Assembly: GCA_951406725.2 (NCBI GenBank)
Contig: OX597839.1
Span: 9,858,001-9,922,000, forward strand
Direction of reading: 5' to 3'
Source of the DNA: Octopus vulgaris
Taxonomy: Eukaryota
Length of the DNA: 64,000 nucleotides
Below the pieces are notes generated by a model. The model had not been told where the DNA came from. It did no database searches and worked only from the letters and a program-made list of their open reading frames with translations. A program made the position numbers and the translations under genes. Of the stretch, positions 26,165 through 38,375 are shown piece after piece (position 1 is the stretch's first letter; every line of letters begins with the position of its first letter).

Positions 26165-26355
26165 AAGAAATTTTACGGGAAGTGACGATCTTCTTAACAT
26201 GTAAACAAATACACGTGATATAAAGGGTACTCGTATCGAAAGAATGCCCTGTCTCTTTATACACATTGATATGTTTATTGAACACTTTATAATCGTAATG
26301 TATGCCGTGAAAAGTATTTTAATAAAATTTTAATAAAAATAAAAACACAATTTCC

Positions 26356-26697
26356 GGTGATCTTTCGTTTTAACTCGAAATAATGTAAACTTTGAATTGG
26401 GAAGAGAAAGCTAATGGGTTGTGCGTACGTGCTTGTTCCTCAGTGTGTGCGTGCGTGCGTATTCTTGTTTGTGCGTGTGTGTGTGCATGTTTGTTTCTCT
26501 GTGTGTTATTTCTACATTCCACAACATATATATACAAAATACAAAAAAAAAACCCAGAACAGACAGGCATACACAGAAGAAAAAGCACGCACAACCCATT
26601 GGTTTTCTCTTCCTAACTGACAATTGACAAGACATGTGGTCGCGGAAATCACTGAATTCAATGTTTACATTATTTCGAGTTAAAACGAAAGATCGCC
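26356..26697. mobile_element. MITE with ~35-bp TIR
   Basis: GGTGATCTTTCGTTTTAACTCGAAATAATGTAAAC...GTTTACATTATTTCGAGTTAAAACGAAAGATCGCC. No clear TSD. Confidence 0.7.
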
Positions 26698-27019
26698 CTA
26701 GGGGAAAACTTGGATCTTGTGAATTTTCCGAGATCTCCTACCATTATAACATTGGATAACATTATACGTAATGATACCAGTGGTACCTGCCCCAGATATA
26801 GAAACAAAGACTAGAATAGGATACAAAGAACTTGTGACAAAGCAAATGGCGAACACGTGGTATAAAACCAACAAATATCAAGGAGTGATATATTATTTTG
26901 CTTGGAAATAGGCAAGGGCTAGCAACAAGAAGAGCATCTGACAGAAGAAAATCTGCCTCTGTCCAATCCATGCAAGCATGGAGAAGTGGACCTTAAAATG
27001 ATGATGAATTCTATATCAC

Positions 27020-27361
27020 TTGTCCAACACCCGTGGACATATTTACAAAGTCAGAAAACAGCACAGCTCCCATGACTTTAGGAAACATTTTTTCACGCTG
27101 AGAGTTGCTGAAGCATGGAACACACTGCCGGCATCAGTTGTTAGTTGTCGGAGCACTGCATCCTTCAAAAATCCATGCTTTCTGAGATTCGCCAACACTA
27201 CACCTGATTTTCTCCCCTCCATACACACACAAGCTTGTATCTGATTCATACATTGTTCGCTTTCCAGACATTTGTACATAACTGCATAAACCTTATATGC
27301 ACTTTCTGACAAGTTGTAGTGCACCTGAGCACTGTATACAATAATTTCATTATTATTATTA
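27020..27361 (+). mobile_element. CR1-like LINE 3' end
   Basis: NTRGHIYKV..FRKHFFTLRVAEAWNTLP followed by an (ATT)n tail. Shorter copy at 18366-18572. Confidence 0.8.
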
Positions 27362-27453
27362 TATCCTGCTTCATTCATTAATTCATTCATTCATTTTTCC
27401 ATTCTATATTATAGAATAAACACTTCTTTTGGTTCTTACTGTTACCTACAGTC

Positions 27454-27592
27454 ATGATTAATTCTGAATCAGAAGATACGGACTTGGTATTTTACGACGA
27501 AAATCTCTGTGGATTGGACCCCTTGTTTCATGTACATTGCAAACTGTTCATTGTTGATGTCCTGAATCTTTCACCTTACCCAACACTTCCAG
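27454..27592 (+). CDS. STN1: STN1 coding exon 1
   Basis: Acceptor CCTACAG|TC ATG. Reads MINSESEDTDLVFYDENLCGLDPLFHVHCKLFIVDVLNLSPYPTLP, compare human LWGLDPVFLAFAKLYIRDIL. Donor CAG|GTACGT. Confidence 0.92.
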
Positions 27593-28035
27593 GTACGTGA
27601 TACACCCTATATTTATTTCTGTATTACCCACAAGGGGTTAAACATAGAGGGGACAAACAAGGACAGACAAAGGGATTAAGTCGATTACATCGACCCCAGC
27701 GCGTAACTGGTACTTAATTTATCGACCCTGAAAGGATGAAAGGCAAAGTCGACCTAGGCGGAGTTTGAACTCAGAACGTGCTAATGGTTCTGCCAGCTCA
27801 CCGCCTTAACACCCTATATTACAACCATTTCACTCTTTGTTTTGTAACCAGCACTTCCAAGTGGGTGACATACCCTAATTCATTTCAATTCTTCACTTTA
27901 TAGTTTTTGTTGGTAATGTTGTTTAGATGCTAATCCAGCAGACCTATGATCAAAGACGTTCCAACCATAACATCTCTTTTAATCAGACATAATATATCCA
28001 GTGTATCCTTTTCTTAAGACGTCAAGTTTTAGTGA

Positions 28036-28608
28036 GAAGTTAAGTTAATTTTTTGGCTCAAAAAACAAAAGCAAGGCCATGTAGGGGGACAGGGAGGGTG
28101 GTCATACAAAGAGTTCAGGCCATTTCTGGTCAAGAGAGACTTTGAACCGAGTGATCATCGGCATCTTCACTATCTCGTTCGGCAGCTTATTCCACGGATC
28201 CGCAACCCGGACGGAGAAAGCCCCTCTCCTTCGATTGAGGTGAAATCATCGTAGATAGAGCTTTTCGGAGTGACCCCGCAGCCAACGCTCTGGAGCAGGA
28301 GTGAAGAGCAGCTCTTTCAAGAGGTTACACTTTCCGCTTATGATGTTGTGAGCGAGAATGAGATCACCACGGCGTTATCGTTTTTCTAATGAATAAAGGT
28401 CGAGTGTCTTCAGCCTTTCTTCATAAGACAAATGCTTGAGACCAAGAACCATGCGGGTAGCCAGCTTCTGGATTCTTTCGAGATGATGTATGTCTTTGAG
28501 GAGATAAGGAGAAGAAGGCTTGAATTCCGTACTCCAATATGGGTCTCACGAGCGTGACATAGAGCGGTAGGAATATGGCTGCTGTGAGCATTCCGAATGA
28601 CCGTCGAT
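28036..28608 (-). mobile_element. CR1-like LINE 3' fragment
   Basis: Minus frame RIQKLATRMVLGLKHLSYEERLKTLDLYSLEK. Related pieces at 31783-32180 and 830-975. Confidence 0.8.
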
Positions 28609-28945
28609 GTTTGTCTACTATTTCTAGCAGGTTGAGTAACCCTGTTTAAGCCTCTCTTCTCATGCTATCCATTTAATTACTTTCCCCAGATGGAGTCTTT
28701 ATGGCCTAACCTCAGCAATGGTTGCAAAACTATCTCTAACGTGGCTTAGTCATATATTACAATTTAATCTCATTCCTTCCATGTCACTGCTCTCCATTCC
28801 AACAGCTCTGTCATAGTACTGCACTACTATGTAGTCCACTCCCTCTTCTCCATTCCTACAGCCCTGTCATAGAACCATACTATGTGGTCCTTGCCCTCTT
28901 CTATTTCACTTATTTTTACATCCCTCTCATAGTACTTTGCTACTA

Positions 28946-29559
28946 TTTTGACCGACAGATTTAGAAAATATTTTTTTGTAACCAAACACTTTCAAACTTC
29001 GGACACTGGTAGAATGTGTCATATAAAACATCTTTTACTCTTAGTATTTTTGAGAAAAACTTATATTTACAAAGTTATTTCACGTTAAAGTTCTTGTATT
29101 TTGGTAATTTCGACCAATCAATGACATGTATTCAGCTGAATAAAATTACTGCTGTTGTTTGTCAACAAGAACTTCTGGCGGTGTATATTTCGTTTGTCAC
29201 AGTTATTTACGACAACCCTAAAACCCTAATCCTAACCCCCTAACCCTGAAACCTTAAAACCAGTACAAACGCACAAACGATGTCAAATAACAATGACAAA
29301 CAAAAAATACACCGTCGATAATTATTGTTGACAAACAACGGCAGTAATTTTATTCAGCTGAATACACGCCATTGATTGGTTGAAGTTACCGAAATATGAG
29401 AACTTTAAGGTGAAATTACTTTGTAAATATAAGTTTTTCTCAAAAATGCTAACAGTAAAAGGTGTTTTATATGACACATTCTACCAGTGTCCGAAGTTGG
29501 AAAGTGTTTAGTTACAAAAAAATAATTTTTTAAATCTGTAGGTCAAAAGGTAAAGATCC
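28946..29559. mobile_element. Palindromic MITE (~260-bp arms) with telomere-like centre
   Basis: Arms are reverse-complementary. Right end ..AAAGATCC is followed by CTATTTTA, matching the left flank CTATTTT. Centre reads AACCCTAAAACCCTAATCCTAACCCCCTAACCCTG. Confidence 0.8.
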
Positions 29560-29768
29560 CTATTTTAACTGTTTTGTATCACACTTCATGATGGCTAATT
29601 GAATGAATAGACAGGTAGTTAGATAGATGGTCTGACAGATTGTCAAGCAGAGAGTCACTGACAAACAGAGGCAGACACAGATGCAAACAAACAGAAATAG
29701 ATGAACTGTTAAACAGATACTGAGGTACAATAAAATGACTGAAAAATATCTTAAACTTTTATTTACAG

Positions 29769-29864
29769 GAGCTTATTGTTATAAAAACCATCCTATATTC
29801 AAAGTTGATATCATGGGAATAATTGCAAGTTGCCAAGAAAAACAAAAAAACTTTATACTCGGAG
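29769..29864 (+). CDS. STN1: STN1 coding exon 2
   Basis: TTTACAG| GAYCYKNHPIFKVDIMGIIASCQEKQKNFILG |GTAAAC; compare human GVFLYNGHPIKQVDVLG. Confidence 0.92.
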
Positions 29865-30878
29865 GTAAACTATTTATTCTGTAATTATTTGACACTTCTT
29901 TGACTTTACTATCAGACATAAAAGATCTATTTTGGTCATGTTCTGTCCTTGGGCCCAAATGCACTCATGTCAGTGCTGCGTAAACGCACTCCTGCCTGTG
30001 CAGTTTGGATGCTCATGATGGTGGCATGAAAAATGTACCCAGCACACTCTGTAAAGTGGTTGGTGATCAGAAGGGCATCCAGCAATAGAAACTATGCCAA
30101 AACACAGCTAGAGTCTGGATAGCTCCCTGGTTGGCCAGTTCCGGTCAAACCGTCCACTCCATGCCAGTATGGAAAGCAGACATTAAACAATGATGATAAT
30201 GATTTATTATTTGGTATTACTCTTTTATTTGTTTCAGTCATTTGACTGCAGCCATGCTCCAGCTTTTAGTCAAGCAAATCGACCCCAGGACTTATTCTTT
30301 GTAAGCCTAGTACTTATTCTATCGGTCTCTTTTGCCAAACCACTAAGTTACAGGGACGTGAACACTCCAGCATCAGTTGTCAAGCGATGTTGGGGGGACA
30401 AACACACACATATATACATATATAGGACGGGCTTATTTCAGTTTCCGTCTACCAAATCTACTCACAAGGCTTTGGTTGGCCCGAGGTTATAGTGGAAGAC
30501 ACTTGCCCAAGGTGCCACACAGTGGGACTGAACCCGGAACCATGTGGTTGGTAAGCAAGCTACTTACCACACAGCCACTCCTGCGAAATTTTTGTTGCAC
30601 CAACTGCAATTTCTTTTTATTTAAACAAATGAGATGCTGTGGAATAGCATCAATGATTAGGTCACAGTTGATGCAACAACAATTTTAACATCAAATAATA
30701 AAAGTAAATTAATAGTTATCGCCATACTAATATGGCAATCTTATAAATATAAGACTAAAGCTGTCGATGATTAGCTCCAAGAGGCCATCGCCTCAAGCTA
30801 GCTATTTGACACACAATCTGCGTCCATTATAGACTTTCGAACAGTCGAGGTCAGCCGCTTCATCCTGCTAGTCAGACA

Positions 30879-30921
30879 GCTGCAGACGCGTTTCAGGGTA
30901 GTTGCCCTTTATCAATGCAGC
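30879..30921 (-). ncRNA. Minimal hammerhead relic in a Penelope-like fragment
   Basis: Minus strand reads GCTGCA-TTGATAA-AGGG-CAACTA-CCCT-GAAAC-GC-GTC-TGCAGC. All stems are perfect and the GUC triplet is present, but the core CTGATGA has two transitions. Confidence 0.55.
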
Positions 30922-31234
30922 GTAGTCAGACCCAGCAGGTGTCGCTACTGACTGTCCCTGTTCGAAGAATCTATTTACCTAGTTTTAGTGGAATACATCC
31001 ACTTGTTTTCAATAATAGAAATATTAAAATTACTAAGACTTAGTAATTTTAATAATTTCTATTAATAAAAGTAAAGTTAACAGTCTATATGTGTTTTTGA
31101 ATGGCTAAGTTACAGGAACGTAAACACTCCACGCTATTTGTTTTAGTTTCAACATACTGTCTCAGATCAAATTACTTGCTTGGGAAGTACACCTCTGCAA
31201 TTTATTTGTATTTTTGTTTAAACATTTAATATAG

Positions 31235-31294
31235 TTGATGATGGTACTGGTATAATATCTTGCTGTGTTTGGAAGCAAAAAGTGGAAACTGGAG
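31235..31294 (+). CDS. STN1: STN1 coding exon 3
   Basis: VDDGTGIISCCVWK, the OB-fold signature (human VDDSTGVINCICWK). Flanked by ATAG| and |GTAAGT. Confidence 0.93.
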
Positions 31295-32678
31295 GTAAGT
31301 TGGTTTGTTTGCAACTTTGATTTTAACATTTTTAGCAGTTACAGCTCCTATATGTAGGTCTGCCTCTGTTTCTGGCTAACTGAGATATAGTTAACTGTTG
31401 CCCTTGTTTAGGCTTTTAGGCTTGGGTCAACCCTGATCAAGCAGACATAGGGAAAAAAGATATTCCAGCCATGACCATCCTGTTTTTGTTTTGTGTTTTC
31501 CTGTGTGTAAGGAACCCAGGAACACATAATCTAACCTATCCTTTCCTAAGATATAAGGTATGATTTAAGGAAGTTTGGTTGTTATTTCTAGCAGTGATCC
31601 AATTACCTACTCTTTGTTAGTGGTAGTGTTAGCTGAGCTTAAAACCTGATGGAGAGGAATAGTGGATGGTGTGAATGAAAGGTTTGATAAACTAATTAAC
31701 CCATAATACACTTTATGAAGCTGAAATCTTCACAAATGACTCCAATCACTCCATCTTTCTTTTACACATGTCACTCTGCTTTTAATTTAATTTCTATTGG
31801 CTCAAAAAACAAAAGCAAGGCCATGTAGGGGGACAGGGAGGGTGTTCATGCAAAGAGTTCAGGCCATTTCTGGTCAAGAGAGACTTTGAATTGAGCGGTC
31901 GTCGGCATCTTCACTATCTCATCCGGCAGCTTATTCCACAGATCTGCAACCCGGACGGAGAAAGCCCCTCTCCTTCGATTGAGATGAAATCGTCGTAGAT
32001 AGAGCTTTTCGGAATGACCCCGCAGCCGACGCTCTGGAGCAGGAGTGAAGAACAGCTCTTTGGAGAGGTTACACTTTCCGCTTATGATGTTGTGAGTGAG
32101 AATGAGATCACAACGGCGTCATTGTTTTTCGAGAGAATAAAGGTCGAGTGTCTTCAGCCTTTCTTCATAAGACAAATGCTTTAGTTAACACTCTTGTTAC
32201 ACAACACTAAATACTTGGCTATAAATCATTTTAACTCTAACCTTACTAAAGTACAACTTGAGAGAGACATTTGGGAGACTTAGTTTTGTCTCTTGTACAA
32301 TCCAATGTGAAGTTCAGCAATATGTTCGGCGCTACAGGGTGGTGTATTGGCAGAATTTCTAGAAGGCGGTGAGCTGGCAGAGACGTTAGCACGCCAGGCG
32401 ATATGCTTAGTGGTATTTCATCTGCCGCTACATTCTGAGTTCAAATTCCGCCGAGGTCGACTTTGCCTCTCATCCTTTCGGGGTTGATTAAATAAGTACC
32501 AGTTACGCACTGGGGGTCAATATAATCGACTTAATCCGTTTGTTTGTCCCATCTGTGTTTAGCCCCTTGTGGGCAATAAAGAAATAAGAATTTCTAAAGC
32601 ATTAGATGAACTGCCTTCCTGGGTTTGAACTCTGGATGCTACCATATCAAGTAAACAAGGTTTATCTTATATTTTCAG

Positions 32679-32825
32679 ACAATGACTTCAGGAGTTTTCT
32701 TCCAGAAAGTTTACGCTTGAAAACACATACGTTGCATCCAGAGTTTAGTCTTGGAGAAATGGTTCACATTCGAGGAAAAATAAAGTCTTACAAAGGTGTC
32801 AATGAAATAATGATAAACTACATCA
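32679..32825 (+). CDS. STN1: STN1 coding exon 4
   Basis: TTTTCAG| DNDFRSF..FSLGEMVHIRGKIKSYKGVNEIMINYI (human IEIGDTIRVRGSIRTYREEREI). Donor |GTATCCTTTT. Confidence 0.92.
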
Positions 32826-33897
32826 GTATCCTTTTCCAAAAGTCTTTGAATTTTCTTCTTTTACTGTTTGCAGATCTTTTTGGTCTGAACAACAGTTTTT
32901 AACATAATTTCTAGGTAACTAAAAAATTTTAAACTTCGTATACTGGTAGAATGTGTTTATAAAACATTTTTTCTCTTGGCTTTATTGAGAAAATTCTATA
33001 GTTTGTAAGATATTTGCTGTGTTTTTTTTCAATTTATGCAATTTCAACCAATCGATGACATCCATTGAGATAAAAAACATTCTGTGTTGTATGAATATGT
33101 CCCTCGTTTAAGAAACAGATTGGATTTATTTACATTTGTGAAGAAAAAAAGATACCCTAACTAACCCTAACCCTAAAACAGATTGAAATGCAATAGATCG
33201 ATACTAGGGTCATAATTATGGGTGACAATTTCATATGACACCACTAGAAAAAACTGCCGTTCGAACCGAAGAGATCCCTGTTTGCAGTCATTCAGATTTT
33301 TTTTTTTTTAGTATTGATCTCTTCACTACATATTTAGTTTGGTAATTACTGAATGGATAAATTACTCGTTAATAGAGAAGAGACACAATTTGATGCACTG
33401 GTCTATTCTAACACAAGCATACACACACACATTTGTCTATCTGCCTAATGGATATTGGAGGAAAAGAAGAGTACATTGATGTTAATGCAGAAAAAGAGTA
33501 CATGGGGATTAGGGCATGAGACATAAGTTACATTAACATTGGGGGCAGGCGCATAGGGTATGATGTAAGGAGTGGCCAGTTTAGGTAGACTGACTTTAGT
33601 GGGTGTCGCGGTACATGGATATTAGTTGGGTATTACAATACTGGGAGATTAGTAGGAAAGTAAAGTACAGGTACATTAGGTGTAGATTTACAGGGTATAT
33701 ATGGATGTGGACAGTTATGTTACACTGGTGGGGTACTAAGTACATAGACATGAAGGGTAAATTAGATGTGTATTAGGAGACTTAGACATTAGGTGTCAGT
33801 TTGGGGAAAAGGGTATGCTAGGTTATAGTTTCTTCTGTATTATGTTACATTTAGTTTTGAAAAACTGAAGAAAGTTCCTTAACTCTTGTCCCACCAG
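32826..33897 (+). other. U12-type (minor spliceosome) GT-AG intron
   Basis: 5' site GTATCCTTTT. Branch point TTCCTTAAC at 33875-33883, 14 nt before the end of the intron. No long polypyrimidine tract. Reading frame is preserved across it. Confidence 0.9.
32872..33277. mobile_element. MITE (GGATC-type TIR, 8-9-bp TSD) with CCCTAA repeats
   Basis: AGATCTTTTTGGTCTGAAC...GTTCGAACCGAAGAGATCC, flanked by CTGTTTGC(A) on both sides. Second copy at 63496-63929. Confidence 0.85.
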
Positions 33898-34049
33898 CAC
33901 CAGTATCCAGTGTATCTGCTGAACTCACTCATATGTTACAGAGTCCATATTTGTACAAGACTGTCTATGATCAAACATTAGTATTGGCATCTGAAGTTCA
34001 GAAGTTGCAGCTGGAAGCAAATGAGATAAGAACCGGATTGAAACCATTG
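33898..34049 (+). CDS. STN1: STN1 coding exon 5
   Basis: PVSSVSAELTHMLQSPYLYKTVYDQ (human QIARMLELPTIYRKVYDQ). Donor TTG|GTAACC. Confidence 0.88.
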
Positions 34050-35247
34050 GTAACCATTTAGATGTTATTTATGTGTAGAATGACTTCTGCACAAACTGGA
34101 ATGGTTTAGAACTGTGGTACCCAAAGTGGGTGATACTGACCCCCTGGGGAGTCAGGTGGTAAGATCCTTCAGGGTGTTGAAGAAAATTGGAGTGATGAAT
34201 GGCAATGCCCCACTTCTATTTTTCAATGGTACACTCAAGTTTTGAAATACTGTGTAAAGATCAATCTGAAAAAAGTTGCCCTTCCTAATGCCAACCACTC
34301 CAAGAGTGTAGTGGGTGCTTTTACGTGCCACCGGCACGAGGGCCAGTTAGGCGGTACTGGCAACAGCCACGCTCAAATGGTGCATTTTATGTGCCACCTG
34401 CACAGGAGCCAGTCTAGCGGCTCTGGCAACGCCCTCGCTTGAATGTTTTTTCATGTGCCTCCAGCACAAGTGCCAATAAGGCAATGCAGGTAACAATCAC
34501 ACTCGAAAGGTGCTTTTTATGTGCCACTGGTACGGAAGCCAGCTTGTTGCTCTGGCAACGATCACACTCGGATGGTACTCTTAGTGCTCCACTAGCACGG
34601 ATGCCAGTCATCGAATTTGGTTTCAATTTCGATTTCACTTGCCTCAACAGGTCTTCGCAAGCAAAGTTTAGTGACCAATGAAGGAATGGTACGCATTATA
34701 TAAGTGGGCTGGTTACACCCCTGGCATAGGCCACGAGGTTATGGTCTCACTTGGCTTGACGAGTCTTCTCAAGCACAGCATATTTCCAAAGGTCCTGGTC
34801 ACTAGTCATTGCCTCGGTGAGGCCTAATGTTCAAAGGTCATGCTTCACCACCTTGTCCCAGGTCTACCTCTTCCACAGATTCCCTCAACCACTAGGGTGT
34901 GGCACTTTTTCACACAGCTACCCACAGCCATTCTCGCCACATGGCCATACCAGTGCAGTCATTTCTCTTGCACACTACATCTGATGCTTCTTAGGTCCAA
35001 CTTTTCTTGCACACTGACATAGTTTATCTAGAACTACATTATCTAATGTGTCTGTCCCCATTTTCATGGTAAAGTGTTATTTGAAGGATATTTTACTGTT
35101 ATTTTTAGCAGGGCAGGAGACTATATTAGAGTTTCTAGTGTTGGTTCAACAGAAACAATGGAACAAAGTGATTACCATCACACATCAAAATAGAAACTCC
35201 TTTATTATGTATTGTGTTAAGTGTTGTTGTTGTTGTTGTTATTCCAG

Positions 35248-35355
35248 GAGAATGTTATGAGAGAACTACTGGCCAAGATAACAGTGTTTAATATTGAAAC
35301 TATCAAAGAACATGACATTATGCACAGAATCCAAGATAGTCTTGGTGTTCATGAG
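35248..35355 (+). CDS. STN1: STN1 coding exon 6
   Basis: TTCCAG| ENVMRELLAKITVFNIETIKEHDIMHRIQDSLGVHE |GTATGC; phase 0-0. Confidence 0.8.
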
Positions 35356-35645
35356 GTATGCCATAATCATCTTCACCATCATCCTTATCACTATCACCAT
35401 CACCATCATTATCATCATCATCATCTTTGCCATCATTGTTTTTACATCTGTTTTTTTCCATGCTGATATCGCTTGGATGAGACTTACTGAGAGAATCTTT
35501 TAGTCATTTGACTGTGGCCATACTGGAGCACCACTTTTAGTCGAGCAAATCAACCCCGCTGAACTGCTATGTGACAGGGACGTAAACACATCAGCATCGG
35601 TTGTCAAGCAATGTTGGGGGGACAAGTACAGACACACAAACATAT

Positions 35646-35686
<41 letters not shown>

Positions 35687-36788
35687 ATGGGCTTCTTTCA
35701 GTTTCCATGTGCCAAATCCACTCACAAGGCTTTGGTCGGCCCGAAGCTATAGTAGAAGACACTTGCCCAAGGTGCCACGCTATGGGACTGAACCCGGAAC
35801 CATGTGGTTTGTAGGCAAGCTACTTACCACACAGCCACTCCTGCACCTATATAACCTTTCTTCATTAACCCTCATTGTTTACCAACTAATGTTCTAATGT
35901 CAGGACGATTTTGACTGAGGGCTGGCAAACTAGATGGTTGCACCAGGCTCCAATCTTGATCTGGCAGAGTTTCTACAGCTGGATGCCCTTCCTAACACCC
36001 ACCAGCTGTAGAAACTCTGCCAGATCAAGATTGGAGCCTGGTGCAGCCATCTGGTTCCAGACTCCAATCTTGATCTGGCAGGATTGGCCAGATCGATAAT
36101 GGTTTCAAATTTTGGCACAAGGTCACCAATGGGGAGGGGTAAGTTGTTTACATTGACTTCAGTGTGCAACTGGTTCTTATTTTAACGACTCCAAAAAGAT
36201 GAAAGGCTAAGTCAACCGTAGCAGAATTTGAACTCAGAATGTAAAGACAGCTAAAATACCGCTAAGCATTTTGTCCAGTGTGAATGAGAAGTGTTAACTA
36301 ATTACTTTTATGTTACCAAATTTAATTCTTTAACCCTTTAGTGTTCAGATTATTCTGTCAAATGTGATGTTTGTTTATTTAAAATGGTTTGAATTAATCA
36401 TGCGTTATCTTGTAGTTTAGAGATTTCAGTGATGTGATTTTTTAGTTTTTGAATGACATTGTAGGGCTGAGGCGAGAGGCGAGATCTGGTCAGTTTCAGT
36501 ATAAAACAGGTTAAATATTTTGGCCGGATATGGCCGGTTTGAATGCTAAACGGTTAAAGTAAGTTATTTTGTTGTCTCTTTCTATGACCTTTTCTCTTTG
36601 CTTTCAAGATTGGTGGGAGGATTTTTTCATGTCAGAGACCTGGTTTCAGGAAAGCTTGCACCATTCCTCGCTTATGATGACAGTGTTAAACCAGATAATA
36701 AAGTTAACCATTCGAGGAATACAAAATCAGTCATAATTCTGCTCTGCCTAACACTGTATGGATGTTGCTCTTTTATTGTTTTTTCCAG

Positions 36789-36890
36789 TCCTTGGAATAC
36801 GTGGAGAGTATGTTGAACAAAGTCTTGAAACAAATGGAACGCCAAGGCTTAATATGTTCTCGTTCTGATCTTGCAAATTCAAAATATGAG
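36789..36890 (+). CDS. STN1: STN1 coding exon 7
   Basis: TTTTCCAG| SLEYVESMLNKVLKQMERQGLICSRSDLANSKYE |GTATGT; compare human IQLLQEKGLVFQK (winged helix). Confidence 0.85.
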
Positions 36891-38375
36891 GTATGTTTCA
36901 TCATTCTACTCTAAGTGGCTGCTGCTTCTTTTTCTGACAAGTGAGACTTTATCTTCATTTTTCATTTATTTATATTTTCTTTAGATTCTCCTTTGTTCAA
37001 CTGTTACCACCAATAACCCAGACAACTGCAATGAAAGATCTTCCTTTAAACCAAGATTTATTATTCTTTGGTTTTTCAGTGTTCTTAGATTCTATACTAC
37101 CAGTGATATGTATGTTGTTAGTAAATTTCACAAGAAATGATGTTTCTAATCATTATAATTCCCAAATTCCCAGGTCTTGACCACCGTACTTATAATAATC
37201 GTGGCAGCTAGAAGGACAGACATACTGCAGCAGAGTTTGTACCTAAATAGGTCAGCTCCTGTCCAGTTGAACTTCGCCTGACATGGCTGAGGTCGTAGGT
37301 CAAAGGGAGATGACCAATCACTTTTTGACAGGACAAAAAAAAACTTTTTTCGCACCTGTTGATCATGGTGGTTTGGACGACCTAGAACTCTTAGATTTGG
37401 TTTCGAATCTAGGCTTGGAGAAGGAAGTGTCAATTTTTACATATTTATCATCCTACAGAGATCCATTGACTTTATGGTTCTGTGTATCATCATCATCATC
37501 ATTTAATGCCCATCTTCCATGCTGGTATGATTTGGTTGATTCAACAGGATCCAGTGAGTGGGAGGGCTGCATTCTGCTCAAATGTCTGCTTTGACATTTT
37601 ACAGAGTAATTTTTCTTTTTTGTGTCGTATCAATGAACTGGTGAGGTCACCATGTAACTCACACGACTAAGGTCCTCCTTAAACTGAGTGTGGCTATAGT
37701 AGAGAGGGGAGTGACTTTATGCTACAGGTTGAAAAGTGAAAGCAGTGGTTCCCAAAGTGGATGGAACTACCCCATGGGGCTGGTGGAAAGATCCAGGAGG
37801 GTGTTGAAGAAAAGTGAGGTGATAATTGGGTGGTCAAAAGGGGGCAATGGATGTAAAAACAACTAAATAATGGATTAAGTCGATTATATCGACCCCAGTG
37901 CGTAACTGGTACTTATTTAATCGACCCTGAAAGGATGAAAGGCAAAGTCGACCTCAGCGGAATTTGAACTCAGAATGTAATGGCAGACAAAATACCACTA
38001 AGCATTTCGCCCAGTGTGCTAACGTTTCTGCCAGCTCGCCGGCTTTGGTTGGCCCAGGGCTATAGTAGAAGACACTTGCCCAAGATGCCATGCAGTGGGA
38101 CTGACTATGTGGTTGGGAAGCAAACTTCTTTACTACATAGCCACACCTGCTTCCTTCTGTTTATTGTCGCATGTTTGCATTACATAAATTCTGCATCACC
38201 TCAGCTCTGTCTTCATTGAGTTATTTAGATGAGATGAAGTTACCAAATTGTTTCTGCAAAAGATATTGTTTTGTCTGGAAAATTTTTCTCAACACTGACT
38301 GGAGTGGAGTCCTGTCCTATGGATACTTATAATTCTCATCTAGTGTATAATACAACATTGACTAAAGTGTGGGCC

